Positions 20,248 through 29,177 of a DNA stretch of 64,000 bases are shown in pieces. The DNA is taken from NCBI GenBank assembly GCA_965203515.1, contig OZ241907.1, positions 1,437,730 through 1,501,729 on the forward strand. The letters are read 5' to 3'. This DNA is from Spirochaetia bacterium (GTDB taxonomy: Bacteria; Spirochaetota; Spirochaetia; SZUA-6; Bin103). Below the pieces are notes generated by a model, which was not told the DNA's origin, searched no databases, and saw only the letters and a list, made by a program, of their open reading frames with translations. The position numbers and the translations under genes are program-made. Every line of letters begins with the position of its first letter. The stretch's first letter is position 1.

Positions 20248-23222
20248 GAGCGCAGCCTCGCCCCGTCCGGATCGAAGAACGGCGTCGCCGCCACCCGCGC
20301 CGCGACGATCGCGCCGCCGTCGCCCTTGATCCGCAGCGCGGCTCCCACCCGCGCCGCCGCCGGCGGTACGTAGGCCAGCCCGATCGTGCGCCCGACCGCG
20401 CCGCTGCGGCCGACGCTGGTGACCCGGCCGGCGATGCCGCCGCCGGCGTCGACGATCAGGTGGTTTTCACGCGGCGCCGGCGCGGATGCGGGCAGCTCGA
20501 ATCCGACCAGCCGGCGGCGCGGCTCCTTGCCGGCGATGATCTGCAGGCTGCGCTTGCCCACGAAGAACCGCTTGTCGAGCTTCACCGCCCAGCCGAGTTC
20601 GGCCTCGAACGGATCGGTGAGACCGTCGGTATCCTGACTGACGATCAGGTGCCCCTTTTCCAGGCGGAGCAGACGCTGCGCCTCCACGCCGAACGGGACG
20701 ATGCCGTGCTCCCGGCCGGCGCGCAGCAGCTCGTCCCAGACGCCGGCGGCGTAGCCGGCAGGGACGTGCACCTCGTAGCCCAGCTCCCCCACGAACCCGA
20801 CCCGCGACACGCGCGCCGGCGCGCCGGCCACCGTCCCTTCGCGGATGCCCAGGTACGGGAACGCGTCCGGCGACAGGTCGATGTCGGTGAGCCCGGCCAG
20901 CACGTGCCGGGCATACGGACCGGCGAGGTTGCAGGCGCCGTAGCTGCCGGTCGCGTTGACCAGCGTGACGTCGAGCCGCCAGACCGCCGCCCAGCGCTGC
21001 AGCTCGCGGTAGACCTGATCCGCCCCGGAGGAGGTGGTCGACACGTAGAAGCTGTCGGCGTCGAGGCGGGCCACCACGCCGTCGTCGATCACCACGCCGG
21101 ACTCGTCGCACATCACCCCGTAGCGGGTCATGCCGATCCGCAACCGCGCGAAGCGGCCGGTGTATACGCGCTCCAGGAAGCGGACGGCGTCCGTGCCGCT
21201 CACCTCCAGCTTGCCGAGCGTACCGACGTCGATCAGCCCGACGCGGGAGCGCACGTCGCGGGCTTCCGCGTCGATGCAGCCGGCGCGATCCAGACCCTCC
21301 CGGGGATACCAGGCCGGCCGCAGCCAGGCGCCGGCGTGCGTCATCCGCGCTCCCAGCCGCTCGTGCCGGTCGTGGACCGGCGTGCGCTGCACCGGCGTGA
21401 AGCCGCGGCCGGCCAGATGCGCCATCGGCACCGGCGCGGTGAACGGCCGCGCGGTGGTGAGCCGGGCGCCGGCGAGCGGCCGGCCGGTCAGGCGGGCCAG
21501 CACGCGCGCCGCGTTGACGTTGGCGTGCTGCCCCTGGCTCGGCCCCATGCCGACCGTGGCGTACCGCTTGAGGAGCTCCGGGTGATCGAAGCCCTCCTGC
21601 ACCGCGTGGGCCAGATCGTCGACGGTCACGTCCTCGTCCAGGTCGACGAACGCCTTGGCGTCCGCCTTGGCGTCGGGTTCCGCAAAGATCGGATACGGGT
21701 GGCCCGGCTCCGCTGGCTCCACCGGCTCCGGGGCCGGCGGTCCGCTCGCCCCCTCGGCTCCGGCGCCGGCCCCGGCGGACGCTCTGCCCACGTGCGCCGC
21801 GGCCGCCCTGCCCGCGCGACGGCCGTCGGCCGCCGCCGCGACGACGCCGGTCACGCTGCCCGCCGCGAACACGCCGGCCGGCAGCTCGTCCGGCACGTGC
21901 CGATGGAGCGTTTCGTCATACGCCATGGCAGCGCCGGCCTGCCGCAGCAGCCCGTCGCGCGGAGCGGCGCCGACGCAGACGATTATGCCGTCGCACGGTA
22001 TGGTCCGCGCCGGGCCGGTCGGCCGACCGGCCGCGTCGAGCGCCCGGATGCGGGCCGCCCGCACGCCGGCGTTCCCCGGCAGCGGCAGCGCCTCCACCAC
22101 CGCGTGCCCGCGGTAGACCGGCGCCCCTGCCGGTTCAGTCGCTCCCGCCGCCTCGGTCGCTCCCGCCGCCTCGGTCGCCCCCGCCACGCCGCTCGCGCCG
22201 CCGGCCGGCGCTCCGTCGCCAGGAGCCTCCGCGCGCAGGTCGACCACGGCGGCGACGCCGATGCCACGCTCCGCCATGGCGTCCGCCAGGCGGTAGCCGC
22301 CGCTCCCGGCGGTCAGCACCAGCGGCCGGTCCGCCGGGCGGACCGCGTAGCGCTCCATCAGCCGCCGCGCCGCTTCGCCCAGCATGACGCCCGGCAGGTC
22401 GTTGTTGCCGAACACCGCCGGCTGGTCCTGGCAGCCGGCGGTGACCACCAGCGACCGGGCGCGCACCTTGGTGAGCCGCCGCGCGTCGACGACCGCCGCC
22501 CACAGGTCGGCGTAGACGCCGACGCAGGCGGCGCCAAAGCGGCGCTCCACCCCGCTGCCGACCGCCTCGGTCACGGAACCGTCGAGCCGTCCGCTCGACT
22601 CGACCAGCATGACCGCCGCCCCCTGCTCGGCGGCGGCGTTGGCCGCCGCCACCCCCGCCGGCCCGGCGCCGACCACCAGCACGTCGCAGAACGCGTAATC
22701 CTTGGGCGACGGCGGGCGGCGCCCGCCGCCGCGACGCCCGTCGCCGCGACGCCCGTCGCCGGGCACGCGGCCCAGGCCGGCCAGCGCGCGCAGCCCCCGC
22801 TCGTAGAGCGGGAACAGCCAGCGCGGGGTGTGCATGGCCTTGTAGTAGAAGCCGACCGGCGTGAAGGCCGACAGGCGGCCGAGCACCGCCAACAGGTCGC
22901 GCCGCACGCCGCCCAGCGTGTTGACCGCGCGCAGGTCAAGGCCGTCAGTCAACGGCAGCTCGTCGCCGCGCAGGTTGACGCCCGCCGGCCCCTCCAGCAT
23001 CACGTTGGCGTCCGCGCCGGTCAGGCTGTAGACGCCGCGCGGCCGGTGATACTTGAAGCTGCGGCCGAGCACCTGCACGCCGGCCGCCAGCAGCGCGGAG
23101 CTCACCGTGTCGCCATGCAGGCCGCGGCAGTCCCGCCCCTCGAAGCGAAACGCGATCGGCCGCGACCGGTCGATCCATTCGCCCGGCCGCGGCGGCAGGC
23201 GCCGGCCGGCCGGCGCGCTCAC
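20244..23222 (-). CDS. soxA: sarcosine oxidase alpha-subunit family protein (MgdC/SoxA-like; aminomethyltransferase folate-binding C-terminus)
   Basis: GRSFKYHRPRG, FAD/NAD Rossmann motif (DVLVVGAGPAGVAAA) and GcvT-like C-terminal domains. The GTG start overlaps the soxD stop (GTGA). Confidence 0.85.
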   Translation of the reverse strand: MSAPAGRRLPPRPGEWIDRSRPIAFRFEGRDCRGLHGDTVSSALLAAGVQVLGRSFKYHRPRGVYSLTGADANVMLEGPAGVNLRGDELPLTDGLDLRAVNTLGGVRRDLLAVLGRLSAFTPVGFYYKAMHTPRWLFPLYERGLRALAGLGRVPGDGRRGDGRRGGGRRPPSPKDYAFCDVLVVGAGPAGVAAANAAAEQGAAVMLVESSGRLDGSVTEAVGSGVERRFGAACVGVYADLWAAVVDARRLTKVRARSLVVTAGCQDQPAVFGNNDLPGVMLGEAARRLMERYAVRPADRPLVLTAGSGGYRLADAMAERGIGVAAVVDLRAEAPGDGAPAGGASGVAGATEAAGATEAAGATEPAGAPVYRGHAVVEALPLPGNAGVRAARIRALDAAGRPTGPARTIPCDGIIVCVGAAPRDGLLRQAGAAMAYDETLHRHVPDELPAGVFAAGSVTGVVAAAADGRRAGRAAAAHVGRASAGAGAGAEGASGPPAPEPVEPAEPGHPYPIFAEPDAKADAKAFVDLDEDVTVDDLAHAVQEGFDHPELLKRYATVGMGPSQGQHANVNAARVLARLTGRPLAGARLTTARPFTAPVPMAHLAGRGFTPVQRTPVHDRHERLGARMTHAGAWLRPAWYPREGLDRAGCIDAEARDVRSRVGLIDVGTLGKLEVSGTDAVRFLERVYTGRFARLRIGMTRYGVMCDESGVVIDDGVVARLDADSFYVSTTSSGADQVYRELQRWAAVWRLDVTLVNATGSYGACNLAGPYARHVLAGLTDIDLSPDAFPYLGIREGTVAGAPARVSRVGFVGELGYEVHVPAGYAAGVWDELLRAGREHGIVPFGVEAQRLLRLEKGHLIVSQDTDGLTDPFEAELGWAVKLDKRFFVGKRSLQIIAGKEPRRRLVGFELPASAPAPRENHLIVDAGGGIAGRVTSVGRSGAVGRTIGLAYVPPAAARVGAALRIKGDGGAIVAARVAATPFFDPDGARLRS

Positions 23223-23476
23223 GGCAGGCGGTCCGGCAGATAGGTGCGCACCACCCGGTCCGCGCCGGTGTCGCGCTCGGCGATGAACCAGGTGCCGCTC
23301 GGCGCGTGATACCACCACTCGCGCCGCACCGCAGCCGCGCCCGCGCGGTCGAAGACGTAGGACGCCCAGACCTCGTCGGAGACCGCGTCCGGGTCCGGCT
23401 GCGGGCGGTACTCGCCCCCGTAGTCGAACTCCTGCAGCGGCCGTTCGCCGTTCACCGGGCAGCGCAGCAGCTTCAT
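23219..23476 (-). CDS. soxD: sarcosine oxidase delta-subunit family protein (MgdB/SoxD-like)
   Basis: MKLLRCPVNGERPLQEFDYGGE matches the SoxD N-terminus (zinc-binding motif). Confidence 0.8.
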   Translation of the reverse strand: MKLLRCPVNGERPLQEFDYGGEYRPQPDPDAVSDEVWASYVFDRAGAAAVRREWWYHAPSGTWFIAERDTGADRVVRTYLPDRLP

Positions 23477-23540
23477 CTCGGTGCGCGACGATGCGCCACA
23501 CCGGCCATGCGCGGCAAGGGTGCGGGCAGAGGGCGGGAAC
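23477..23540. repeat. conserved approx. 50-bp sox 5' leader (copy 1, upstream of soxD); second copy lies upstream of soxB at 27386-27442
   Basis: ggtgcgc..ccggccatgcgcggcaagggtgcgggcagagggcgg is present at both places immediately 5' of the soxD and soxB ATGs. Confidence 0.7.
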
Positions 23541-24147
23541 CGGCGTCCCCGACCGGGTTGCCCCGACGATCACGGCGGAAGGCTTTGATGCCATCCTCGC
23601 CACGGCGTGCAAGTCCAGGAAAACCGGCCGCGGCGTGGAGTCCCCGGCGCGCGCCCAAGCCCGCGGACGGGTCGATCGCGCGATCGCGGCGCTCCTGTTT
23701 CAGGCCGGCCTGCGGAGAAGCGAGGCCGCCGCTCTCACCTGGGACGACGTGCACCGAGCGAACGACGGCGTCGGGGTGTTGGTCTGCGTATCCCGTTCAA
23801 AGACCGATCAGGAAGGCGCCTCCGCCGACACGCGGTATCTCAAGGACGGCGCCGCCCGCGCCGTTTGGGAACTCCGGCCGGCCGGCCCGCCAGCGGGGGC
23901 TCGCGTGCTCGGCGGCCTGAATGGCGCGTCGGTCGCCCGCCGCTTCGGAGCAGCCGCCCGGGCGGCCGGAGTGGTCGGTCGAATCACCGGTCACTCCGGC
24001 CGCATTGGCCTCGCTTCGGAACTCACGCGCCGCGGCGCCACCACCACGGAGACGATGCTCGCCGGCGGATGGAAGACGGCCCGTATGGTCGCCCACTACT
24101 CGGCAGGCGCCACCGCCGAACGGGGCGCCGTCGCCAAGTACCTGTGA
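23541..24147 (+). pseudogene. tyrosine recombinase/integrase fragment (catalytic C-terminal domain only)
   Basis: LLFQAGLRRSEAAALTWDDV (Arg), GHSGRIGLASELTRRG (H..R) and MVAHYS (Tyr) are present, but there is no N-terminal core-binding domain. The 5' part of track ORF 23491..24147 is antisense to the sox leader. Confidence 0.6.
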
Positions 24148-24197
24148 GCGATGAAGAACCAAGACGGTCCGGAAACCTGGTGACTGCTTGACTGAGC

Positions 24198-25055
24198 TCA
24201 GCCATCCGTCGTCGCCTCAGGGTCGTCATCCCACGGCGAGGAGCTTCTCATATAGTAGAACTTCCCGTTTTGCATCGGGCCCCTCGTAGCGCCGTCGGTC
24301 CGAGACCGGTGCACGTAACGGCACCGCCGGCACGCAGACCGGTACTCCGCCCCATCGTGCCCGAGGTCGGACGCAGGCAGGGTCGAACGCCATTCCGGCG
24401 ACCACTCGTGCGGCTCACCGTCCGGGCAAAGGTCATCCGTGGCATCCATCCACGGCGGCCAGGCCACGTCACGGGGTACCGTGAGTTCCGGTTCCTGAGG
24501 CGGCGCATCGTCCTCCACGGCGTCCATGCCTTCTCCGTCCAGATCGCCCTTGACACCGCCGTAGGGTTGCGCTTCGTCGACGAACCAGAAGGCACCGTCG
24601 GTACGGTCCCCATACCTCCACTCACGGGTCTTCCCTATCGCCACGAGCACCACGCGCTGCACGTTGTCGGAGTCTCCTTCCAGAAACACCGCTTCGCGCA
24701 ACGCCTCCCCGCGGCTTGGTGCCAACACGTACTCCGCGCCTTGCGTTTCGCGGAACACCTCGACGCTCAGTTCGTAGGGGCGTAGATGGTCCTCATCGTC
24801 CTCGTACAGAGACGACGGTTCCACATCCGGCTTGACGTACGGGACGCCGCCGAACCATAGCGACGGATCGACCGTGCGGCCGTCGTCGCTCAACAACTCC
24901 ACGTAATGGAGGTTGTCGGCGTCGCGGCTTGCCTTGATGGCGGCGGCGAACGCGTCGCGCCGGGTCTGCGCTTCAACGGTCACGCGCGTCTGCGCGCCGC
25001 CGAACTCCCGAAGGAGCATCTCGTAACGTCGCAGAGCGGCTCCGGCCGTGGTCAT
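24198..25055 (-). CDS. uncharacterised acidic protein with C-terminal C-x(n)-CRRC motif, paralog A of 3
   Basis: AGGAGG SD plus ATG. About 90% identical to copy C. No family recognised (MTTAGAALRRYEMLLREFGG...CPDGEPHEW...CRRCRYVH...DDDPEATTDG). Confidence 0.7.
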   Translation of the reverse strand: MTTAGAALRRYEMLLREFGGAQTRVTVEAQTRRDAFAAAIKASRDADNLHYVELLSDDGRTVDPSLWFGGVPYVKPDVEPSSLYEDDEDHLRPYELSVEVFRETQGAEYVLAPSRGEALREAVFLEGDSDNVQRVVLVAIGKTREWRYGDRTDGAFWFVDEAQPYGGVKGDLDGEGMDAVEDDAPPQEPELTVPRDVAWPPWMDATDDLCPDGEPHEWSPEWRSTLPASDLGHDGAEYRSACRRCRYVHRSRTDGATRGPMQNGKFYYMRSSSPWDDDPEATTDG

Positions 25056-25094
25056 GGTTGGCCTCCTCTTGACAGGGTGACTGCTTGACTGGGC

Positions 25095-26066
25095 TCAGCC
25101 ATCCGTCGTCGCCTCAGGGTCGTCATCCCACGGCTCAGGGTCGTCCTCCCACGGGGTGTCGCATATGAAGTAGCTTTCGCGGTTCCATTCCGAACGTTTG
25201 GCTCCCTCGACTCGAGACCGGTGCACGTAACGGCAACGCCGGCACGCAGACCGGTACTCCGCCCCATCGTGCCCGAGTTCGGACGCGGGCAGGGTCGAAC
25301 GCCATTCCGGCGACCACTCGTGCGGCTCACCGTCAGGACAAAGGTCCTCCGTGGCATCCATCCACGGCGGCCAGACCACGTCACGGGGTACCGTGAGTTC
25401 CGGTTCCTGAGGCGGCGCATCGTCCTCCACGGCGTCCATGCCTTCTCCGTGCAGGTCGCCCATGACCCCGCCGTACCGTCGGGCTTCGTCGACGAACCAG
25501 TAGTCGCCGCTATCGAGGCGCGTCTTGCCGATCGCCACCAGCACGATCCGCAGGACGTTGTCGGAGTCTCCTTCCAGAAACACTGCTTCGCGCAGCGCTT
25601 CCGCGCGGCTCGGCGCCCACAAGTACACAGAGCCTTCGCTGCCGCCGAACACCTCGACGCTCAGTTCGTAGGGGCGTAGATGGTCCTCATTGCCTTCGTA
25701 CAGAGGCGACGGTTCCACATCCGGCTTGACGTACGGGACGCCGCCGAACCATAGCGACGGATCGACCGTGCGGCCGTCGTCGCTCAACAACTCCACGTAA
25801 TAGAGGTTGTCGGCGTCGCGGCTTGCCTTGATGGCGGCGGCGAACGCGTCGCGGCGGGTCTGCGCTTCAACCGTCACGCGCGTTTGCAAGCCGCCGAATT
25901 CACGAAGGAGCATCTCGTAACGCCGCATAGCGGCTCCGGCCGCGGTCATGAAGGCGCCGTCGTCATCGGGCGAGCCGTCGCCCGGCTGCTGAGCGGCCCA
26001 GGTGGCGAGCGGCGCCAGCAGGAGCGCGGCGCAGAGCGCGAATCGCAGGCTGCGGTTGGTTATCAT
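25095..26066 (-). CDS. paralog B of the same acidic protein family, with an added N-terminal signal peptide (MITNRSLRFALCAALLLAPLATWAAQQ) and an internal 13-aa deletion
   Basis: Start ATG with GAGGAGG upstream. In tandem with copy A, separated by 39 bp. Confidence 0.7.
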   Translation of the reverse strand: MITNRSLRFALCAALLLAPLATWAAQQPGDGSPDDDGAFMTAAGAAMRRYEMLLREFGGLQTRVTVEAQTRRDAFAAAIKASRDADNLYYVELLSDDGRTVDPSLWFGGVPYVKPDVEPSPLYEGNEDHLRPYELSVEVFGGSEGSVYLWAPSRAEALREAVFLEGDSDNVLRIVLVAIGKTRLDSGDYWFVDEARRYGGVMGDLHGEGMDAVEDDAPPQEPELTVPRDVVWPPWMDATEDLCPDGEPHEWSPEWRSTLPASELGHDGAEYRSACRRCRYVHRSRVEGAKRSEWNRESYFICDTPWEDDPEPWDDDPEATTDG

Positions 26067-26143
26067 GGCGCGCGGGATTGGCCTCCTCGACAGGATGTTT
26101 GCGCGAGCAAAGGCAGCAGTCATCGACGCGGTCCGGCGCCATC

Positions 26144-27385
26144 TCAGTGGCCGACCGCGGCCGCGCCCTTTTCGCCGACCAGATCGTACTCCGCGAACCG
26201 GGACAGGCGGAACGGCTCGATCAGCGGATGCGGCCGGCCGTGCGCGACCGTCCAGGCCATGGTGCTGCCGCTGGCCGGCGTCGCCTTGAAGCCCCAGGTC
26301 CCCCAGCCGGCGTCCAGGAAGAAGCCCTCCACCGGCGTCAGCCCCATGATCGGCGAGAAGTCCGGGGTCACGTCGGCCAGCCCCGCCCACTGGCGCAGCA
26401 CCTTCACCTCGCCCAGATGCGGGAAGACCGCCAGCACGTGCGCGGACAGGCCCTCGACGAACTCCAGCGTCGATCGGGTCGAGTGGACCTCGTACGGGTC
26501 GAGCGACGCCCCCATCACCATCTCCCCGCGCGATGACTGGCTGACGTAGATGTGAAACGAACCGGAGACCACGATCACGTGCAGCCACGGCTTCAGCGGC
26601 TCGGTCACGCACGCCTGCAGCGGATGGATCACCAGCGGCGTGCGGATGCCGGCCATCTCCGTGATCGCCGGCGTGTAGCCGGCGACGGCGCTCACCACCC
26701 GGTCGGTCTCGATCACGCCCCGATCGGTCTCCACGCCGGTGACGCGCCCGCCGGCCAGCCGCAGCCCGGTCACCGGCGTATGCTGATGTATCTCCACGCC
26801 GAGCCGGTCGGCGCCGCGGGCATAGGCCCAGGCGACCGCATCGTGCCGGGCGATCGCCCCCGGCGGATGCCACAGCGCGCCCAGCACCGGCAGGTCGTGG
26901 CCGCAGTCCAGGTCGAGCAGCGGGCAGGAGCGGGCGATGAAGTCCCGGCCGACCAGCTCGCTGCGCACGCCCAGGTGCTTGTTGACCTCCGCCCGCCAGC
27001 GCATGGTGCGCACCGCCGAGTCGGTATGGGCCAGCGTGAAGTGGCCCCGCTCGCTGTACAGCAGGTTGTAGTCGAGGTCGGCGGAGAGGCGCCGGAAGAG
27101 CTGCACGCTCTCCTCGTAGAAGTTGACCCCTTCCGGGGTCAGGTAGTTGGAACGGATGATGGCGGTGTTGCGCCCGGTGCCGCCGGCGCCGACGTAGCTC
27201 CGCTCCAGCACGGCGACGTCGCGCAGGCCGTGATCGCGCGCCAGGTAGTAGGCGCAGGCGAGCCCGTGGCCGCCGCCGCCGATCACCACGGCGTCGTAGC
27301 GGCGCTTGAGGCGCGGCGGCGCCCGGAACATGCGCGGTTCGCGGTAGGTCCGCCGCAGGGCGAACCGGATCAGTCGATGCGGCAC
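26144..27385 (-). CDS. soxB: sarcosine oxidase beta-subunit family protein (MgdA/SoxB-like FAD oxidoreductase)
   Basis: YDAVVIGGGGHGLACAYYLA (GxGxxG) and DAO-family motifs throughout. Separated from soxDAG by the insertion. Confidence 0.85.
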   Translation of the reverse strand: MPHRLIRFALRRTYREPRMFRAPPRLKRRYDAVVIGGGGHGLACAYYLARDHGLRDVAVLERSYVGAGGTGRNTAIIRSNYLTPEGVNFYEESVQLFRRLSADLDYNLLYSERGHFTLAHTDSAVRTMRWRAEVNKHLGVRSELVGRDFIARSCPLLDLDCGHDLPVLGALWHPPGAIARHDAVAWAYARGADRLGVEIHQHTPVTGLRLAGGRVTGVETDRGVIETDRVVSAVAGYTPAITEMAGIRTPLVIHPLQACVTEPLKPWLHVIVVSGSFHIYVSQSSRGEMVMGASLDPYEVHSTRSTLEFVEGLSAHVLAVFPHLGEVKVLRQWAGLADVTPDFSPIMGLTPVEGFFLDAGWGTWGFKATPASGSTMAWTVAHGRPHPLIEPFRLSRFAEYDLVGEKGAAAVGH

Positions 27386-27407
27386 GGTTCGGCGGCACGG
27401 TGCGCCA

Positions 27408-27540
27408 TTCCGGCCATGCGCGGCAAGGGTGCGGGCAGAGGGCGGCGGATGGAAGACGGCCCGTATGGTCGCCCACTACTCGGCAGGGGCGACCGCCGAA
27501 CGGGGCGCCGTCGCCAAGTACCTGTGAGCGATGAAGAACC
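27408..27540 (+). repeat. internally deleted second copy of the integrase remnant (first 35 bp joined to last approx. 95 bp) plus conserved linker
   Basis: 27408-27442 equals 23505-23539, then jumps to the equivalent of 24064-24160. Same linker ...gtgagcgatgaagaacca.gacggtccggaaac..ggtgactgcttgactgagctcagcc as at 24144-24200. Confidence 0.8.
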
Positions 27541-27577
27541 ATGACGGTCCGGAAACCCGGTGACTGCTTGACTGAGC

Positions 27578-28459
27578 TCAGCCATCCGTTGTCGCCGCCT
27601 CAGGGTCGTCATCCCACGGCTCAGGGTCGTCATCCCACGGCGAGGAGCTTCTCATATAGTAGAACTTCCCGTTTTGCATCGGGCCCCTCGTAGCGCCGTC
27701 GGTCCGAGACCGGTGCACGTAACGGCACCGCCGGCACGCAGACCGGTACTCCGCCCCATCGTGCCCGAGTTCGGACGCAGGCAGGATCGAACGCCATTCC
27801 GGCGACCACTCGTGCGGCTCACCGTCCGGGCAAAGGTCATCCGTGGCATCCATCCACGGCGGCCAGGCCACGTCACGGGGTACCGTGAGTTCCGGTTCCT
27901 GAGGCGGCGCATCGTCCTCCACGGCGTCCATGCCTTCTCCGTGCAGGTCGCCCATGACCCCGCCGTAGGGTTGCGCTTCGTCGACGAACCAGAAGGCACC
28001 GTCGGTACGGTCCCCATACCTCCACTCACGGGTCTTCCCTATCGCCACGAGCACCACGCGCTGCACGTTGTCGGAGGCTCCTTCCAGAAACACTGTTTCC
28101 CGCAACGCCTCCCCGCGGCTTGGCGCCAACACGTACTCCCCGCCTTCGACGCCGCCGAACACCTCGACGCTCAGGTCGTAGGGGCGTAGATGGTCCTCAT
28201 CGCCTTCGTACAGAGGCGACGGCTCCGTATCCGGCTTGACGTACGGGACGCCGCCGAACCGTAGCGACGGATCGACCGTGCGGCCGTCGTCGCTCAACAA
28301 CTCCACGTAATAGAGGTTGTCGGCGTCGCGGCTTGCCTTGATGGCGGCGGCGAACGCGTCGCGGCGGGTCTGCGCTTCAACGGTCACGCGCGTCTGCAGG
28401 CCGCCGAATTCCCGAAGGAGCATCTCGTAACGCCGCAGAGCGGCGCCGGCCGTGGTCAT
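27578..28459 (-). CDS. paralog C of the acidic protein family
   Basis: GAGGAGG SD plus ATG (MTTAGAALRRYEML). Differs from A in a short variable patch and an extended acidic tail (DDDPEPWDDDPEAATTDG). Confidence 0.7.
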   Translation of the reverse strand: MTTAGAALRRYEMLLREFGGLQTRVTVEAQTRRDAFAAAIKASRDADNLYYVELLSDDGRTVDPSLRFGGVPYVKPDTEPSPLYEGDEDHLRPYDLSVEVFGGVEGGEYVLAPSRGEALRETVFLEGASDNVQRVVLVAIGKTREWRYGDRTDGAFWFVDEAQPYGGVMGDLHGEGMDAVEDDAPPQEPELTVPRDVAWPPWMDATDDLCPDGEPHEWSPEWRSILPASELGHDGAEYRSACRRCRYVHRSRTDGATRGPMQNGKFYYMRSSSPWDDDPEPWDDDPEAATTDG

Positions 28460-28701
28460 GGTTGGCCTCCTCGACAGGATGTTCGCGCGAGCATAGCAGC
28501 AAACCGAGTCAAGCACATCACCGGTTCTGGCGTTGGTCGCGTCGCTCGATCAATCGCATCCACCGTATCTCCGTACGTGCGGCGGGCAACTGATCGGCGG
28601 ACTCGTGTGCCCGCCGCCACCCGGAAGGAGACCGCGCGGTCGTGAACCAGGCTGTTGCGCACGTGTCGGCTTTGGCTTTGCGACGGCGCGTCTTTTATTC
28701 G

Positions 28702-29046
28702 TCAGGTTGTAGCCACGTGATCTGTACTGATCCATGAAGTGCTGCTCCAAATTTTGGCTTCCTGATAAGCCGTTCCCGAGCCTGCCGGGACGTTGCCGGA
28801 GTAGTATCTCCGCCACAGCACGGTAGCCTGCTGTTCCACCCAGCGCGTACGCCTCCGGGGTAGCGCCTGCTCATGACGGCGCCGAATCTGCGATTCCCTG
28901 CCAGGCTGCTCTGCCGACGTCTGTTCGTGTTCAGGTTCTCCGTTCTTCCTGCGGTTTCTGATCGATGCCGCTATCCCTGCGCCAACCAACACGAGCAAAC
29001 CGGTGCTGGCAACCACTACAAGCACCGTAACGAGATGGTCAGCCAT
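28702..29046 (-). CDS. possible small membrane protein in a low-GC spacer (weak)
   Basis: MADHLVTVLVVVASTGLLVLVGAGIAASIRNRRKNG...; the region is markedly AT-richer than its surroundings. Confidence 0.25.
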   Translation of the reverse strand: MADHLVTVLVVVASTGLLVLVGAGIAASIRNRRKNGEPEHEQTSAEQPGRESQIRRRHEQALPRRRTRWVEQQATVLWRRYYSGNVPAGSGTAYQEAKIWSSTSWISTDHVATT

Positions 29047-29142
29047 ATTCGCGATCCTCCTCATGGTTCCAGGACATACTACCAACGCTGAATAGCGCCG
29101 TCCGGCCAGCGCCAGCGCCTCCACGGTTTCCGGGCGACGAAC

Positions 29143-29171
29143 TTGACTCAACTACTTTCCATGGTTATACT
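29143..29171 (+). promoter_or_regulatory. consensus-like sigma70 promoter, leaderless transcript for DUF222/HNH copy 1
   Basis: TTGACT (29143-29148), 17-nt spacer, TATACT (29166-29171). The ATG at 29178 is only 6 nt after the -10. Confidence 0.55.
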
Positions 29172-29177
29172 TATTCC

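Noticed and set aside
20460-23243. 927-aa plus-strand ORF antisense to soxA
   Set aside because: Shadow ORF, poly-R/G/A, no domains.
23491-23540. N-terminal 16 codons of the integrase-like track ORF (MRHTGHARQGCGQRAG)
   Set aside because: This stretch is antisense to the conserved sox 5' leader duplicated upstream of soxB, so the integrase homology starts later. The gene is treated as a fragment.
25095-27542. 815-aa track ORF spanning paralog B, soxB and the integrase remnant in one frame
   Set aside because: Read-through artefact. Only the C-terminal 323 aa (paralog B) are real in this frame. soxB is in another frame and the N-terminal part is antisense to the integrase remnant.
28460-29177. 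tRNA or small RNA in the low-GC spacer before HNH copy 1
   Set aside because: No cloverleaf-compatible sequence and no GTTCRANYC T-loop motif. The region is more likely decayed mobile DNA carrying the promoter for the HNH gene.
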